DNA of 64,000 bases. It comes from Gammaproteobacteria bacterium. GTDB taxonomy: Bacteria; Pseudomonadota; Gammaproteobacteria; Eutrophobiales; Eutrophobiaceae. This document shows, piece by piece, positions 10,192 through 21,888 of this stretch. The notes under the pieces are model-generated. The model did no database searches and was not told where the DNA came from. It saw only the letters and a program-made list of their open reading frames with translations. The number at the start of each line of letters is the position of its first letter. The stretch's first letter is position 1. Location: the NCBI GenBank assembly GCA_963422205.2, contig CAXMWX010000003.1, positions 192,001 to 256,000 of the forward strand, in the 5' to 3' direction. The translations under genes were made by a program, and so were the position numbers.

Positions 10192-11223
10192 ATGGTGAAT
10201 GCAGGCATTGTCGGTGCCAGCGGTTATACCGGCCTGGAATTGATGCGGATATTATCAGGGCATCCTGGGGTGGCTCTTCGTTGTGTGGCATCACGCAGCG
10301 AGCAGGGCCGGCCGGTGGCGGCGGTATTTCCGTCCCTTAGATGTCGCATCTCGCTGGAATTTATCGCCCCTGATACGGCCGCACTGGCAGGCTGTGATGT
10401 GGTGTTTTTTGCTACCCCCCATGGCACGGCCATGCAGGCCGCCCCGCCCCTGCTGGAGGCGGGCGTGAAGGTCATCGATCTCTCGGCTGATTTTCGGCTG
10501 CAGGACGCTCAACTCTGGTCAACCTGGTATGGACTTGAGCATACTTCTCCGGGGCTGTTGAACCAGGCTGTCTATGGCTTAACTGAGATCCATCGTGAAC
10601 TGATCAAACAGGCCGATTTGGTGGCTAATCCCGGCTGTTATCCCACGGCGGTATTGCTGGGGTTTATCCCTTTGCTGGAGCAGGGGCTGGTGGATGTCAC
10701 CGGCCTGGTTGCCGATGCCAAATCAGGGATCAGCGGGGCCGGGCGGCAGGTGCAGTTGAACACGCAGTTTTGTGAATCAGCCGATACCTTCAGCGCCTAC
10801 GCCGCCGATGGGCATCGCCACCTGCCGGAGATGAGAGAAGGCTTGCAGCAACTTACCGGGGAGGATGTGGGGCTGGTGTTTGTGCCGCATCTCTTACCCA
10901 TTAACCGCGGGATTGAAGCCACGCTGTATGCGCCCCTGCTGAACAGGCAGGTTGACCTTCACGCCATCTATGCCGAGCGTTATCAGGATGAGGCGTTTAT
11001 TGATGTGATGCCGCCCGGCAGCTGTCCCGATACGGCCTCGGTGCGTGGTTCGAATATGTGCCGGATAGCCTGCTTTGTGCCAGAGGCGGGTGAGATGGCC
11101 GTGATTTCGGTGGTTGAGGATAATCTGGTCAAGGGGGCGGCCGGTCAGGCGGTGCAGAATATGAACGTAATGTTTGGCCTTGATGAGACGGCGGGGCTGC
11201 TGCATTTGCCCGTGCTGCCCTGA
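10192..11223 (+). CDS. argC: N-acetyl-gamma-glutamyl-phosphate reductase
   Basis: [25 protein letters not shown] and [14 protein letters not shown] motifs. Confidence 0.97.
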   Translation: MVNAGIVGASGYTGLELMRILSGHPGVALRCVASRSEQGRPVAAVFPSLRCRISLEFIAPDTAALAGCDVVFFATPHGTAMQAAPPLLEAGVKVIDLSADFRLQDAQLWSTWYGLEHTSPGLLNQAVYGLTEIHRELIKQADLVANPGCYPTAVLLGFIPLLEQGLVDVTGLVADAKSGISGAGRQVQLNTQFCESADTFSAYAADGHRHLPEMREGLQQLTGEDVGLVFVPHLLPINRGIEATLYAPLLNRQVDLHAIYAERYQDEAFIDVMPPGSCPDTASVRGSNMCRIACFVPEAGEMAVISVVEDNLVKGAAGQAVQNMNVMFGLDETAGLLHLPVLP

Positions 11224-11243
11224 CATTCACCATCACGCCGCCC

Positions 11244-11963
11244 ATGCCAAAATTCGCCGTAAAATTACACCGCCCCTGGCAGTTTGCTATCGCCGTTTCA
11301 GGCTTGAGCATGATTCTGGCGACCTTGATCTGGCTGTTGCTCGATAACAGCCACTGGCATTACATTCAGGATGTGCTGCGCCGCAATCAGGACGATAAGC
11401 TGCTGTGGCAGGTCAACCGGGCGCTGGAACAGGAGAATACGTTGCTGCGCGATAAAGTGCTGATGCTGGAGCAGACCACGGATATTGACAAACAGACGGC
11501 CGGCATTGTGCAAGCTGAGATCAAAAACCAGCAGGATGAGATTCATCAACTCAAAGATGAATTACAGTTTTATCGGGAGATCATGGATTCCGCTTCGGGG
11601 GCGAATGGTCTGGATGTGCAGGGGGTATATATCAAGCCCTTGGCCGAGGCGGGCGGCTATCGTATGAAGCTGGTATTAACCCATATAGGAAAAGCTGGTA
11701 AAGTGACCAAAGGCACATTGACCGTGATGCTGGAGGGGCGGGCGGGCGATAAAAAACATGCTGTCAGCCTGGCCGATATCAGCTTAGGAGAAGACCAGCG
11801 CCTGACCTATAACTTTAGACATTTTCAACGCATTGAAACGGACTTCATGCTGCCGGAGAATTTTAAGCCGCAACGCATCGTGGTGAATGTAACAGATAAA
11901 AACAGGCAGGGATCAAGAGTGAAAAAGGCATTCAGCTGGTCTGAATCAACAACCAGGAGATAA
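11244..11963 (+). CDS. Membrane-anchored coiled-coil protein (DUF6776-like)
   Basis: One N-terminal TM segment, coiled coil, FRHFQRIE C-terminal motif; usual position between argC and bactofilin. Confidence 0.7.
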   Translation: MPKFAVKLHRPWQFAIAVSGLSMILATLIWLLLDNSHWHYIQDVLRRNQDDKLLWQVNRALEQENTLLRDKVLMLEQTTDIDKQTAGIVQAEIKNQQDEIHQLKDELQFYREIMDSASGANGLDVQGVYIKPLAEAGGYRMKLVLTHIGKAGKVTKGTLTVMLEGRAGDKKHAVSLADISLGEDQRLTYNFRHFQRIETDFMLPENFKPQRIVVNVTDKNRQGSRVKKAFSWSESTTRR

Positions 11964-11969
11964 ATCATC

Positions 11970-12389
11970 ATGTGGCGCAGCAAATCAAAAAAAGGCAAGA
12001 CCTCGCGTATCGATACGCTGATAGGCCAGCAGACCCAGGTGCTGGGCGATGTGAAGTTCTCCGGCGGCCTGCATGTCGATGGCCTTATTAAGGGCAATGT
12101 CAGTGCCGAGGCGGATGGCTCGTCCATGCTGTCATTGAGTGAGTCCGGCACGATTGAGGGCGAAGTCAAGGTGCCTTTTGTGGTGCTTGACGGGGCGGTG
12201 AAAGGCGATGTACATGGCGGCGAGCATGTGCAGCTTTCAGAACATGCCCAGGTGACCGGTAATGTCTACTACAATCTGATCGAGGTAACCATGGGGGCGG
12301 CGGTGAATGGCAAGTTGGTACACACGCCTGAAGCAGACAGGCAGGCCGTCAGGCAAGCCCCGCCCGACTCGCTTGAAGCCCCGGAATGA
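11970..12389 (+). CDS. Bactofilin (polymer-forming cytoskeletal protein)
   Basis: TLIG...GDVKFSGGLHVDG...G.IEGEV beta-helix repeats. Confidence 0.9.
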   Translation: MWRSKSKKGKTSRIDTLIGQQTQVLGDVKFSGGLHVDGLIKGNVSAEADGSSMLSLSESGTIEGEVKVPFVVLDGAVKGDVHGGEHVQLSEHAQVTGNVYYNLIEVTMGAAVNGKLVHTPEADRQAVRQAPPDSLEAPE

Positions 12390-12505
12390 TCGTATCTCGC
12401 ATGACGGCATACGGCGCCCATAATACGTGATTGAAACCCTTGGTTTATGGCGTGCAACACGGTAGTATGTAGCTATCTTTAACCAGCCAGCATGACTCTT
12501 GCAAA

Positions 12506-12862
12506 ATGATAGCAGCGACACACTATGTCCCCCAACAGCCGCTGATCTTTACCGATGCGGCCGCCGAGAAGGTCAAAGCACTGATTGCCGATGAGGATAA
12601 TGAGGCGTTGATGCTGCGGGTGTTTATCTCCGGTGGTGGCTGTTCCGGCTTCCAGTACGGCTTCACCTTTGATGAGAATTCAACCGAGGGCGATACGGTG
12701 GTTGAAAAAGAAGGCGTGAAACTGCTGATCGATCCCATGAGTGTGCAATACTTGAAAGGGGCTGAAATTGATTACACCGAGGGCATGGAGGGCGCACAAT
12801 TCGTTATCCGTAACCCCAACGCCAAGACCACCTGTGGTTGCGGCTCTTCCTTTTCTGTTTGA
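12506..12862 (+). CDS. erpA: Iron-sulfur cluster insertion protein ErpA
   Basis: [11 protein letters not shown] and [14 protein letters not shown] motifs. Confidence 0.95.
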   Translation: MIAATHYVPQQPLIFTDAAAEKVKALIADEDNEALMLRVFISGGGCSGFQYGFTFDENSTEGDTVVEKEGVKLLIDPMSVQYLKGAEIDYTEGMEGAQFVIRNPNAKTTCGCGSSFSV

Positions 12863-12955
12863 ATGACGATACCGGGCCGATGGGCGCCCACCGGCGTTAA
12901 AAAAATCTAGCGGGTGCAGCAGGCACGGCGATGCTCGGCATGGCGGTTGTGCCAT

Positions 12956-14053
12956 CTAGGGTTGATAGACTGCCCCGGCAATGACCGCCTTGGTGGCACC
13001 GGTGACCGAGGGCAGGGTGCCCGGCTGCACCTCCAGCCGTTGTCTCGCCAGCCAGGCAAAAGCCACCGCCTCTACGGCATCGGGATCAAGCCCGTATTTT
13101 GCCGAGGAGCATAGCTTCACACCGGCCAGGTGTTGTTGCAGGCCGTTAATCAACGCAGCGTTATGCAGACCGCCGCCACAGATGATGATCTCTTCTGTTG
13201 CCGGGGTGTGCTGGTTGATGGCATCGGCGATGCTTTGAATGGACAAGGCCAGCAGGGTGGCCTGAATATCCTTATCTGCCGGTCGGTCGGGTAACTGGCC
13301 CAGCAGGGCTTCCAGCCAGCGGAGGTTAAATGAATCCTTGCCGGTGCTCTTCGGCGGCGGCAAGGCGAAGTACGGGTGTGCCAGCATCTGCTGCAACAAG
13401 GCCGTATGACAGTGACCGGTTGCCGCCCAGGCGCCGTTCTCATCAAACTCCAGCCCGCGCCGGTTTTGTATCCATTGATCCATCAGCCCGTTGCCCGGGC
13501 CGGTATCAAAGCCGCTGATGTGTTCGGGGTGCAGCCGGGTGATATTGGCGATACCGCCGAGATTCATCACCAGCGTATTTTGCCCGGCATGCTTGAAATA
13601 CCAGGCATGGAATGCCGGTGCCAGGGGCGCACCTTGCCCTGATACCACCATATCAGCCCGCCTGAAATCGGTGACCGTGGTGATGCCGGTGTGCTGGCAG
13701 ATGATGTTGGCATCGCCTATCTGTAGCGTGCATGGCGGGTCTTTATCGGGCAGGTGCAGCACGGTCTGCCCGTGACTGCCGATCGCCCGCACCTCGGCGT
13801 GATTGATATCGCTGGTATGCAGAAGTTGCCGCACCGCCCTGGCAAACGCCCGGCCGAGCATATTATCCAGCACAGCGATCTCAAGCAGGCTGGTGGTTAA
13901 ATCAACGGCACGTACCCGCCGCCGAATATCCTCGCTGATGGGGTATTGCTGATAGGCGATCACCTCCAAGCTGGCGGCCTCCATATCAACGATGACCGCA
14001 TCAATCGCATCCATACTGGTTCCCGACATAAGGCCGATAAAATACATACGCAT
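12956..14053 (-). CDS. anmK: Anhydro-N-acetylmuramic acid kinase
   Basis: IGLMSGTSMDAID, GSHGQT, GQGAPLAP, NLGGIANIT and FDTGPGN motifs. Confidence 0.96.
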   Translation of the reverse strand: MRMYFIGLMSGTSMDAIDAVIVDMEAASLEVIAYQQYPISEDIRRRVRAVDLTTSLLEIAVLDNMLGRAFARAVRQLLHTSDINHAEVRAIGSHGQTVLHLPDKDPPCTLQIGDANIICQHTGITTVTDFRRADMVVSGQGAPLAPAFHAWYFKHAGQNTLVMNLGGIANITRLHPEHISGFDTGPGNGLMDQWIQNRRGLEFDENGAWAATGHCHTALLQQMLAHPYFALPPPKSTGKDSFNLRWLEALLGQLPDRPADKDIQATLLALSIQSIADAINQHTPATEEIIICGGGLHNAALINGLQQHLAGVKLCSSAKYGLDPDAVEAVAFAWLARQRLEVQPGTLPSVTGATKAVIAGAVYQP

Positions 14054-14091
14054 TCACAAAGAGGTTAGGGGGCGAACCGGGCATTCATCGC

Positions 14092-15339
14092 TTAGCTGTT
14101 TATGGTAGCAGTATTCATGGCAGGGATATAGGTAAAGGGTTTCAGCCATAACAGCAGCAGCGCACCGCCTGCCAGGCCCAGGGCAATCGCATACAGGGCC
14201 ATGCTGTAGCTGCCAGTGAGATCGAACACCAGCGCCATCAGTACCGGTGTTACCCCCTGTGTTACCACGATGAGGGCATAGACCATGCCGGAGATTTCGC
14301 CGTAATGACGGACGCCGAAGTAACGCGATAAAAAATACGGCAACACACCGTATTCTGTGCCCAGGTCAAAACCCAGCAGCACGGCAGCAACCAGCAGCAC
14401 GGCATAAGCATTGCTGTTGTTTAACAGTATCAGGCCAACAAGCGCCAGCAGGTAAAACGGTACAGCTATCCAGGGCCTGGGGAAGCGGTCAAGTATAAAG
14501 CCGATGCTGATCTGCCAGATGGCCGTTACGATGGAGAATGTGGCGATGATCCTGGCAGCGTATGGCAGCGACAGGTCGCGCTCGAGCAACATGGGGACGA
14601 GATGAACGAAGACGGCCGTCATACACCCGGCCATCAGGCCGACAGCAAGGCTGATGATCCAGAAGGCCGCCGTTTTTCTGGCCTCCGCCAGGGTCATGCC
14701 AGTCGCATGATGTGCAGCTACCGCCCCGTCTTTTTGCCATCGTTCAGGCGGGTCCCACAACAATAAAAATAATACCGGAAAACCGATCAGTGCGATTGCC
14801 ATGGCGATGCCGACATAGCCGAAGCGCCAGCCGCCAGCGGTCAACAACAGGCTGACGAAAACAGGTGCCAGCGCCGCCCCGGCACCATTGCCCAGCCCGC
14901 CGACGATGCCCAGCAACACGCCGCGGTGCCTGTCAAACCAGGCGGCAATCACCTTGGTAAACATGACCCCACTGGGTATGGCGCCAGTAAAACCAATGAA
15001 GGCATAAGCAAGGTAGAAGTGCAGCATATTCTCGTCAATCAGGAAGACAGATCCCACAGCGACAGCAAACAACAGGTTGCCGATCAACAGGATACGCCTG
15101 GCGCCATGCCGATCGATCATGCGCCCGATAAGGGGGTAACTGATGGCACTGGTGGCAGCAATGATCATTAACGCGATTGAGATAGCCGCCCTTGACCAGC
15201 CGAACTCCTCTTCCAATGGCACAAGAAACAACCCGAATACCGTAAATACCATCGGCGTCAGACCAACCATGTTGCCCACAGTACAGGCGGCGACAACGCC
15301 CGCCGGTCGGTAGCCCGGAAAGGAAAGACGACCAGCCAT
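14092..15339 (-). CDS. MFS transporter
   Basis: About 12 hydrophobic segments; GRMIDRHGARR loop motif. Confidence 0.9.
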   Translation of the reverse strand: MAGRLSFPGYRPAGVVAACTVGNMVGLTPMVFTVFGLFLVPLEEEFGWSRAAISIALMIIAATSAISYPLIGRMIDRHGARRILLIGNLLFAVAVGSVFLIDENMLHFYLAYAFIGFTGAIPSGVMFTKVIAAWFDRHRGVLLGIVGGLGNGAGAALAPVFVSLLLTAGGWRFGYVGIAMAIALIGFPVLFLLLWDPPERWQKDGAVAAHHATGMTLAEARKTAAFWIISLAVGLMAGCMTAVFVHLVPMLLERDLSLPYAARIIATFSIVTAIWQISIGFILDRFPRPWIAVPFYLLALVGLILLNNSNAYAVLLVAAVLLGFDLGTEYGVLPYFLSRYFGVRHYGEISGMVYALIVVTQGVTPVLMALVFDLTGSYSMALYAIALGLAGGALLLLWLKPFTYIPAMNTATINS

Positions 15340-15352
15340 CTGCGCTATCGGC

Positions 15353-16735
15353 CTATTCTATCGGCCAGGGGCAGATAAACGGCACCCCTGAGCGTACCAG
15401 GATGGCCTCGCTGGCGGACTGTACCCGGCGGTACAATGCCGCCTCATCGATCAGGGTGGAGCGGTAGTTGTTGATCACACGCACACCATCCACCCAAACG
15501 CTGTGTACGCCTCTGCCATCCGCCGAGCAGACCAGTTGGTTAAGCACATGGGTGCGTGGCTGCCATTCAGGACGGTCAGTATCATGCAGGACAAAGTCGG
15601 CTTTTTTGCCCACCGCCAATGCGCCTGTCTCCTGTTCCAGTTGCAGCGCTTTTGCCGCATTGACTGTCGCCATTTCCAGCATGCTGGCAGCGGGAAACAG
15701 ACGGCTGTCCTCTCGTGCATCTTTGAATATAGCGCCCGTTGCCTTCATCGCCAGCATCAGATCCGGGCTGTAGCCATCGCTGCCCAGCAACAGGTTGATA
15801 CCCGCCGCGGCCATTTCCGGGAAACGGCCGGCTGTGCCGAGACCACAGGCATCACGCATGGCCGCAATGGGGCAGTGAATCACATGCGTATGCGTCTCGG
15901 CCAGCAGCGCCTGTTCGTGCTCGTCAATATGCACGGCATGGGTAAGACAAACATTCCCGCCCAGTACCCCAATGGCGTGCAGGTGTTCAACAGGCCGCCG
16001 GCCCGTGTGTTGCAGATACCATACCGGATCGCTGGCATACGGACTCATGTGCGCTGATACCCCGACGCCGTTTGCATCCGCCAGTGATTTGGCCGCCTGC
16101 CAGACCGCATCGCTGTTGGTATGATGACCAATGAGAACAGGCCAGGCAGCGATCCTGGCATCGTCACTGGCCGGATAACGTGTTATCTCATCTGTCAATC
16201 GCTGAATGGCCTCGGCAGGCGATTGCCGTTGCTCATCCTGGCCATCGAAAACACGCCCCTCCACCCAGCCACCAACACGTCCGCGGATACCCGTGGTATT
16301 TAACCCCTCAACCACGGCATCCAGATGCCGGATCGTCCCCGCTTCAAGAAAACAGGTGGTGCCACAGCGCAGCATCGCCAGCGCCTGCAGTTGTGCTGAC
16401 AGCCGCTCATCCTCGGCCGTGTGTGCCTGAAAACGCGGGATGACCCAGCGGGTCAATTTTTCCGTAAAACCCGCATCAATTTCGTCTGGTACATAGCCAC
16501 GTGTCAGAGGATCGCCGGTGATATGTACATGGCCATCAATGAGTCCCGGCGTGATGATAAATTGATCCGCATGAATGATGTCGGTGCTCTCAAGCGTGTT
16601 GACCGCCTCCTGACGTTTACCGACAAAGACGATCTTGTCTTGCCTGGTGGCGAGTGCGCCATCACGAACGATGCGGCGCTGTGCATCCATCGTAATGATG
16701 GTACCCCCCAGAATCAGGCTATCAACATGCTGCAT
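15353..16735 (-). CDS. Metal-dependent amidohydrolase (AtzA/TrzA/MTA-SAH deaminase-like)
   Basis: PGLIDGHVH, AHMS, THAVH, LGSDG and GKKADFV motifs. Confidence 0.88.
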   Translation of the reverse strand: MQHVDSLILGGTIITMDAQRRIVRDGALATRQDKIVFVGKRQEAVNTLESTDIIHADQFIITPGLIDGHVHITGDPLTRGYVPDEIDAGFTEKLTRWVIPRFQAHTAEDERLSAQLQALAMLRCGTTCFLEAGTIRHLDAVVEGLNTTGIRGRVGGWVEGRVFDGQDEQRQSPAEAIQRLTDEITRYPASDDARIAAWPVLIGHHTNSDAVWQAAKSLADANGVGVSAHMSPYASDPVWYLQHTGRRPVEHLHAIGVLGGNVCLTHAVHIDEHEQALLAETHTHVIHCPIAAMRDACGLGTAGRFPEMAAAGINLLLGSDGYSPDLMLAMKATGAIFKDAREDSRLFPAASMLEMATVNAAKALQLEQETGALAVGKKADFVLHDTDRPEWQPRTHVLNQLVCSADGRGVHSVWVDGVRVINNYRSTLIDEAALYRRVQSASEAILVRSGVPFICPWPIE

Positions 16736-16866
16736 CTTGATTATTTTACCTGCGATAAAAGGTTAAAAGACGATGAGAATATGCGGTAAAACCAGCGGTG
16801 ATTACCTGTAAATATACCCTGGTCTTCATAAACCATGCTGTGTTTGTGCCGGCATGTGCTGATTCT

Positions 16867-18389
16867 TTAAGAATCGTAGCCTTGCTCTATTTCTCGTAAT
16901 TCAGTTTTTAATACTTTACCGTAATTATTTTTTGGCAGACTTTTTACAATACGGTAGTGTCTTGGCCGTTTAAATCGGGCAATATGCTTGATACAAAGCT
17001 GATCCAATGAGGCGGTATCAATAGAGTCAGCTGAGTTGGCAACAACATAGGCTACAACAGTCTCACCCCATTCCCTATCGGCACGACCAATCACAGATAC
17101 TTCAGATATTTGTGGATGCTTTAATAGCACTTCTTCCACTTCTCTGGGATAGATATTGTTACCTCCGGATATGATCAAATCCTTGCGGCGATCTTTCAGT
17201 GTTAAAAAACCTTCTGCATCGAAACTGCCAAAATCACCGGTATGTAGCCAACCGTTACGTAAAGCCTGTGCTGTTGCTTCGGGATTTTGCCAGTAGCCAC
17301 TCATGACCGTTTGACCGCGCACCAGTATTTCACCTGTTTCGCCTGTGGGTAAGGGCTGATCCGTATCGTCTGCAACACGTACTTCAACTGCACTTTGCGG
17401 CAGGCCAACAGAAGATAAACGTTCACGCCAACGTGGATGGGTATCATCAGCATGTATACGCGAACTTAACGCGGTAATCGTCATCGGGCTTTCGCCCTGG
17501 CCATATATTTGCACCAGTTTCGATCCAAAACGCTGTAAACCTGATATGCAGTCTTCTATATACATAGGGCCACCGCCATAGATGATGATTTTCAAGTTTG
17601 TTGTATCTGTGTATTCAGGATGTTCCAGCAAGCGTTTTACCATGGTGGGGGCGGCAAAAAACACACTGCCGGGCCAATGCTCGATCAGGCTATAGGTCTC
17701 ACTGACATCAAAACTGTTACTCTCTGGAAGCACATGACAACTGGCCCGCATGATATGCGCCAGGGCATATAAACCGGAACCGTGACTCATAGGTGCGACA
17801 TGCAGGATCGATAACCAGGGTGATTGCTGATCGACATCCACAAAATAGCAAAGCGACATGGCCAACAAGTTACGATGACTGAGCATTGCCCCCTTCGGCT
17901 TGCCTGTCGTACCACTGGTGTAAAACAGCCAGGCATGATCATCCGGTTCACAATCACACAGAGCTAATTGCTCAGATTTCAGCATACGATTGTAATCGGT
18001 GCTATGGATGTCGATGATGGTGGCTAACTCATCGTTGCTTAATGAACTGGTATCTGCTTTATGTTGCGAGGAGAGAAAACATAACTTGGCCCCGAGTTTT
18101 CAATGATATAAGCGAACTCCATTTGGTGTAGTTTAGCGTTGATTGGTACGGTGACCATGCCCGCATGCCAACAGGCATAGAGGATTTCAAGATACTGAGG
18201 ACAGTTCTTGAGTATGAGTGCAACACGATCACCCTTAGCCAGATTAAAGTCATGACAGAGAGAACAGGCCAGACGGCTTATCCGATCTGCCAGTTCACCA
18301 TACGTGCAAACCATGTTATTACCTATTGCAACCGCCGGACGCTCTGCATGAGCATGCCCTGCACGTTGCATGAGCACTGCGATGTTCAT
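16867..18389 (-). pseudogene. AMP-dependent acyl-CoA ligase split by a 1-nt frameshift
   Basis: ORFs 18039-18389 and 16867-17985 join if one G is added to the G4 run at 18090-18093 (ENSGAKLCFLSS...). Motifs FYTSGTTGKPKG, YGQGE, HTGD and SGGNNIYPREVE. Confidence 0.8.
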
Positions 18390-18473
18390 GGCGATTATTT
18401 ATGCATGGTACTGCTACTCATGATATTCATAGGAATTAGCTTGACGCGTGATCATAATAAATAGACAATCATA

Positions 18474-18508
18474 TTGCTATAAGTAATTGTGTTTCGTATA
18501 ATGAAACA
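18474..18508 (+). promoter_or_regulatory. Sigma70 promoter (TTGCTA-N17-TATAAT) overlapped by an inverted repeat; candidate IclR operator
   Basis: -35 at 18474-18479, -10 at 18497-18502; inverted repeat TGTTTC-GTATAAT-GAAACA at 18490-18508, upstream of cupin-iclR-hydantoinase. Confidence 0.6.
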
Positions 18509-18543
18509 ACAGTGTTTGCCTAATCTCTTCGCTGAGGTGTCAT

Positions 18544-18927
18544 GTGAGTGAGAAACAGAGAGCAGTAGTCTATCAATGGGATAAATTGGCTAAAGAAGAT
18601 GTGCGACCCGGTGTCTCACGGGCGGGCTTCAGTGGCGACAATGTCTTAATGGTCATGAACTGGTTGGAGCTGGGAATGGAAGTGAACCCCCACAGTCATC
18701 CTTTTGAACAACTGGTATATATTGTTAAAGGCACTATGCGTTTTGTTATTGCAGGTGAGGAGTTTATCGTCAAGGCAGGTGGTTTGATTCGAATTCCGCC
18801 CAGCATGGAGCATTACGGTGAACCGCTAGGTGATGAGCCTGTGATGAACCTGGATGTGTTCTCGCCCATACGAGATGATTACCGTCATCTGGTTGAATAT
18901 CAGCAGGCTGATTTTGGACGAGATTGA
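18544..18927 (+). CDS. Cupin-domain protein
   Basis: PHSHPFEQ...G...IPPSMEHYG...DVFSPIR cupin motifs. Confidence 0.88.
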   Translation: MSEKQRAVVYQWDKLAKEDVRPGVSRAGFSGDNVLMVMNWLELGMEVNPHSHPFEQLVYIVKGTMRFVIAGEEFIVKAGGLIRIPPSMEHYGEPLGDEPVMNLDVFSPIRDDYRHLVEYQQADFGRD

Positions 18928-19038
18928 ACCAGGCATGCTGAACTTCCAGATACAACATGAGTTACAGCAAAAGAGCCGCGCAAGGGTGTGTCCAGTTGGC
19001 GTCTTTTAAAGGCAGGCTCAGCCAGACGGAGTTTTTCT

Positions 19039-19815
19039 ATGGCTGAAAGCACACCTGTTTATTCTGTCATCACGACGTTAAAGATTATTGAATACCTTGC
19101 CAGTGTCTCCGGGCCGATGGGGGTGAGTGAAATTGCAAATGCATTGGATACCACCAAACCCAGGGTGTTCCGGCATTTACGCACCTTGTTAGATCAGGAT
19201 TATGTCTCACAAGACGCTAACACGGATAAGTATCAGTTGACCGTTAAGTTGTTTCATATCGGTCAAGCGATTGCCGATCAAACAGATTTCCTGGCAGAGG
19301 TCAGACGGGTGATGCCGATGCTGCGTGCTCAGGTCAACCTGACCGTCACGGTGGGGCAGTATGAAGAAGAGGGAGTGCGTGTGCTGGATATCCTCAAGCA
19401 TCGTTCTGAATTTGAGATCAGCGCCCGCCCCGGTGCATTTTTTGACTTTCATTGTTCTGCACAAGGCAAGATTGCTCTGGCATTTGGGCCGACAAGATTA
19501 TGGGACAAGGTAAAACAATCCACACTAAAGTCCTGGACGGTCAAAACAAATACTGATCTAAAAGCTTTATTGCATGAAATTAAACAGATCAAAAAGCAGG
19601 GTTGGGCCATGGCACCGGAACAGGTTTTAAGTGGTATCAATGCAGTCTCAGTACCTGTTTTTGATAGCACAGGGTCACTGGTGGGCATGATGACTATCCT
19701 GGGATCCATTCAGTTTTTACCAGTTAAGCCTGAACCGGTACAAATAAAAGCAATCATGGGAGCCGCAGCAGAAGTATCAAGCAGGCTGGGTTACAGGGAG
19801 GTGATAGCAGTATGA
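19039..19815 (+). CDS. IclR-family transcriptional regulator
   Basis: N-terminal HTH (GVSEIANALDTTKPRVFRHLRTL) and HCSAQGKIALAF IclR motif; GGAG RBS before ATG 19039. Confidence 0.92.
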   Translation: MAESTPVYSVITTLKIIEYLASVSGPMGVSEIANALDTTKPRVFRHLRTLLDQDYVSQDANTDKYQLTVKLFHIGQAIADQTDFLAEVRRVMPMLRAQVNLTVTVGQYEEEGVRVLDILKHRSEFEISARPGAFFDFHCSAQGKIALAFGPTRLWDKVKQSTLKSWTVKTNTDLKALLHEIKQIKKQGWAMAPEQVLSGINAVSVPVFDSTGSLVGMMTILGSIQFLPVKPEPVQIKAIMGAAAEVSSRLGYREVIAV

Positions 19816-21884
19816 CGAAATATGCCTTAGCTGTGGATATTGGCGGCACGTTCACTGATGGTGTTTTACTCGATAGTAACGGACAGGCTTGGACGGATAA
19901 GACCTTAACCACGCACGATGATTTACTACAGGGATTTTTTCAAGTTGCTGAGCTGGTGTTGAAACGTGCTGCTATTGGCTTGCAAGAGGTCAATGATGTA
20001 GTCACTCACGCGACCACTATTGTGACCAATGTTTTGATCGAACGCAAAGGCCCAAGGACTGCTTTGGTGGTAACAGAGGGATTTCGCGATGTGTTATACA
20101 TTCGCGATGAACATCGCTATGATATGTTTGATCCGCAGATTGAATATCCTGAGCCGTTAATTACCAGTGACTTTACCTGGGGTCTGACCGAGCGTACTTA
20201 TGCCGATGGCAGTGTTGGCAGCCCGGTTAACGTAGATGCAGTCAAGCGACTTGCCGCAGAACTTAAGGGTAAAGGTATCGCTTCAGTCGCTGTCTGTTTG
20301 TTGAACAGTTACAGTAATCCAGAGAATGAACATGTTGTTCGCGATATATTAAAGGCAGCAGCACCGGATATTTTTGTCTCATTATCCAGCGATGTTGCAC
20401 CACAAATGCGCGAGTATTTGCGTGCCAGCACCACCACCTTGAATGCTTACGCCGTCCCTGTCTCACGACCATACCTGGATGCGCTGATTGAAAAAATGCA
20501 ACAATCAGGTCGCGATCAGGAACCGTTAATCATGTTATCCAACGGTGGTGTCGTTGGGGCACGGGTTGCCGGTCATTATCCCGTGCGTATGATCGAGTCA
20601 GGACCGGCAGCAGGTGCGCTGGTTGCTGGATACATTGCAAAAAAATATGGCATAGAAAATCTGATCTCTTTTGACATGGGTGGCACAACAGCCAAGGCCT
20701 GTCTGATCCAACAAGGTAAACCTTTAGTCAGTGGTGAATTTGAAGTGGACAGGCGTTATCGATTTAAACCAGGCAGTGGTATGCCGATCACAGTGCCTTC
20801 AATAGATATGATTGAGATCAGTGCAGGTGGGGGCTCTATCGCCAGAGTGAATGAGTTGGGTTTGTTAAAAGTCGGGCCGGATAGTGCCGGTTCTGATCCT
20901 GGCCCGGCCTGTTATGGCCTTGGTGGTAGTAACCCCTGTGTGACGGATGCCGATGTTATTTTGGGGATCTTGGACCCGAACAATTTCCTCGGCGGTGATA
21001 TGCAACTGAACCTGGTCGCTGCCGAACAGGCGATACAAACATTAGCGAACGCCCTGGATGTGTCAATGCAGGAGGCTGCTTATGGTATCTTCAGTGTAGT
21101 AGGTGAATCCATGGCAGCGGCGGCACGTGCACATGCAACTGACAGAGGGGTGAATTATCGTGGCCTGCCGTTATTGGCATTTGGCGGCGCCGGGCCAGTG
21201 CACGCCTGTTATGTGGCGCAACAGTTGGACAGTTCACAAGTGATCTACCCACCGATGGCCAGTGTTTTGAGTGCGTTTGGTACACTGGTGACGCCAGTGC
21301 GGTTGGATTTAGCCCGTGGTGGCTTGTGCCGTTTAGAGGCCATTGATTGGGATAGCGTTAGTGGCTTGATAGACAGTATGCTGATAGAGGGAAAACACGT
21401 CTTGTTAGAGGCGGGTATAGGGCAGGATTCTATTAGCTACGAGTATTCGGCTGATATGCGTTATGTTGGCCAGCAGACTGAAGTGATAGTTAGTTTTGCA
21501 GCCAATCCCAGACAAGCTCGTGACCCCGCAACATTACGCCGCAGTTTTGATAATGCTTATGAAATCCTGTATGGCGTAAGACTGGATGACATGGATGTAG
21601 AAGTCGTGAACTGGCGCATTACTGCCCATGGCGGCGAAGCTGGTCGAGAGGCGCGATTTGAACTACCAGACACGCCTGCAAAACTCAAATACACACGCCA
21701 GGTTTATTTCGAACAAGAAACTTTGGGTGTGCCTGTTTACGACAGAACGGCGCTGGCACTGGAACAAGTCATCAACGGACCAGTGATTGTGGAAGAACGT
21801 GAGACCACAGTATTTATCCTACCGGGTTGGTCTTTGCAAACGGATGCTGATGGCAGCCTTGTCGCAACTAAATCAGAAGGGTAG
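19812..21884 (+). CDS. Hydantoinase A/5-oxoprolinase-family ATP-binding subunit
   Basis: [33 protein letters not shown] and [14 protein letters not shown] motifs. Confidence 0.93.
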   Translation: MTKYALAVDIGGTFTDGVLLDSNGQAWTDKTLTTHDDLLQGFFQVAELVLKRAAIGLQEVNDVVTHATTIVTNVLIERKGPRTALVVTEGFRDVLYIRDEHRYDMFDPQIEYPEPLITSDFTWGLTERTYADGSVGSPVNVDAVKRLAAELKGKGIASVAVCLLNSYSNPENEHVVRDILKAAAPDIFVSLSSDVAPQMREYLRASTTTLNAYAVPVSRPYLDALIEKMQQSGRDQEPLIMLSNGGVVGARVAGHYPVRMIESGPAAGALVAGYIAKKYGIENLISFDMGGTTAKACLIQQGKPLVSGEFEVDRRYRFKPGSGMPITVPSIDMIEISAGGGSIARVNELGLLKVGPDSAGSDPGPACYGLGGSNPCVTDADVILGILDPNNFLGGDMQLNLVAAEQAIQTLANALDVSMQEAAYGIFSVVGESMAAAARAHATDRGVNYRGLPLLAFGGAGPVHACYVAQQLDSSQVIYPPMASVLSAFGTLVTPVRLDLARGGLCRLEAIDWDSVSGLIDSMLIEGKHVLLEAGIGQDSISYEYSADMRYVGQQTEVIVSFAANPRQARDPATLRRSFDNAYEILYGVRLDDMDVEVVNWRITAHGGEAGREARFELPDTPAKLKYTRQVYFEQETLGVPVYDRTALALEQVINGPVIVEERETTVFILPGWSLQTDADGSLVATKSEG

Positions 21885-21888
21885 GAGT

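Noticed and set aside
14054-14091. att site or integrase boundary for the catabolic island
   Set aside because: I found no direct repeat shared with 34603-34621 and no recombinase; island status rests on synteny only.
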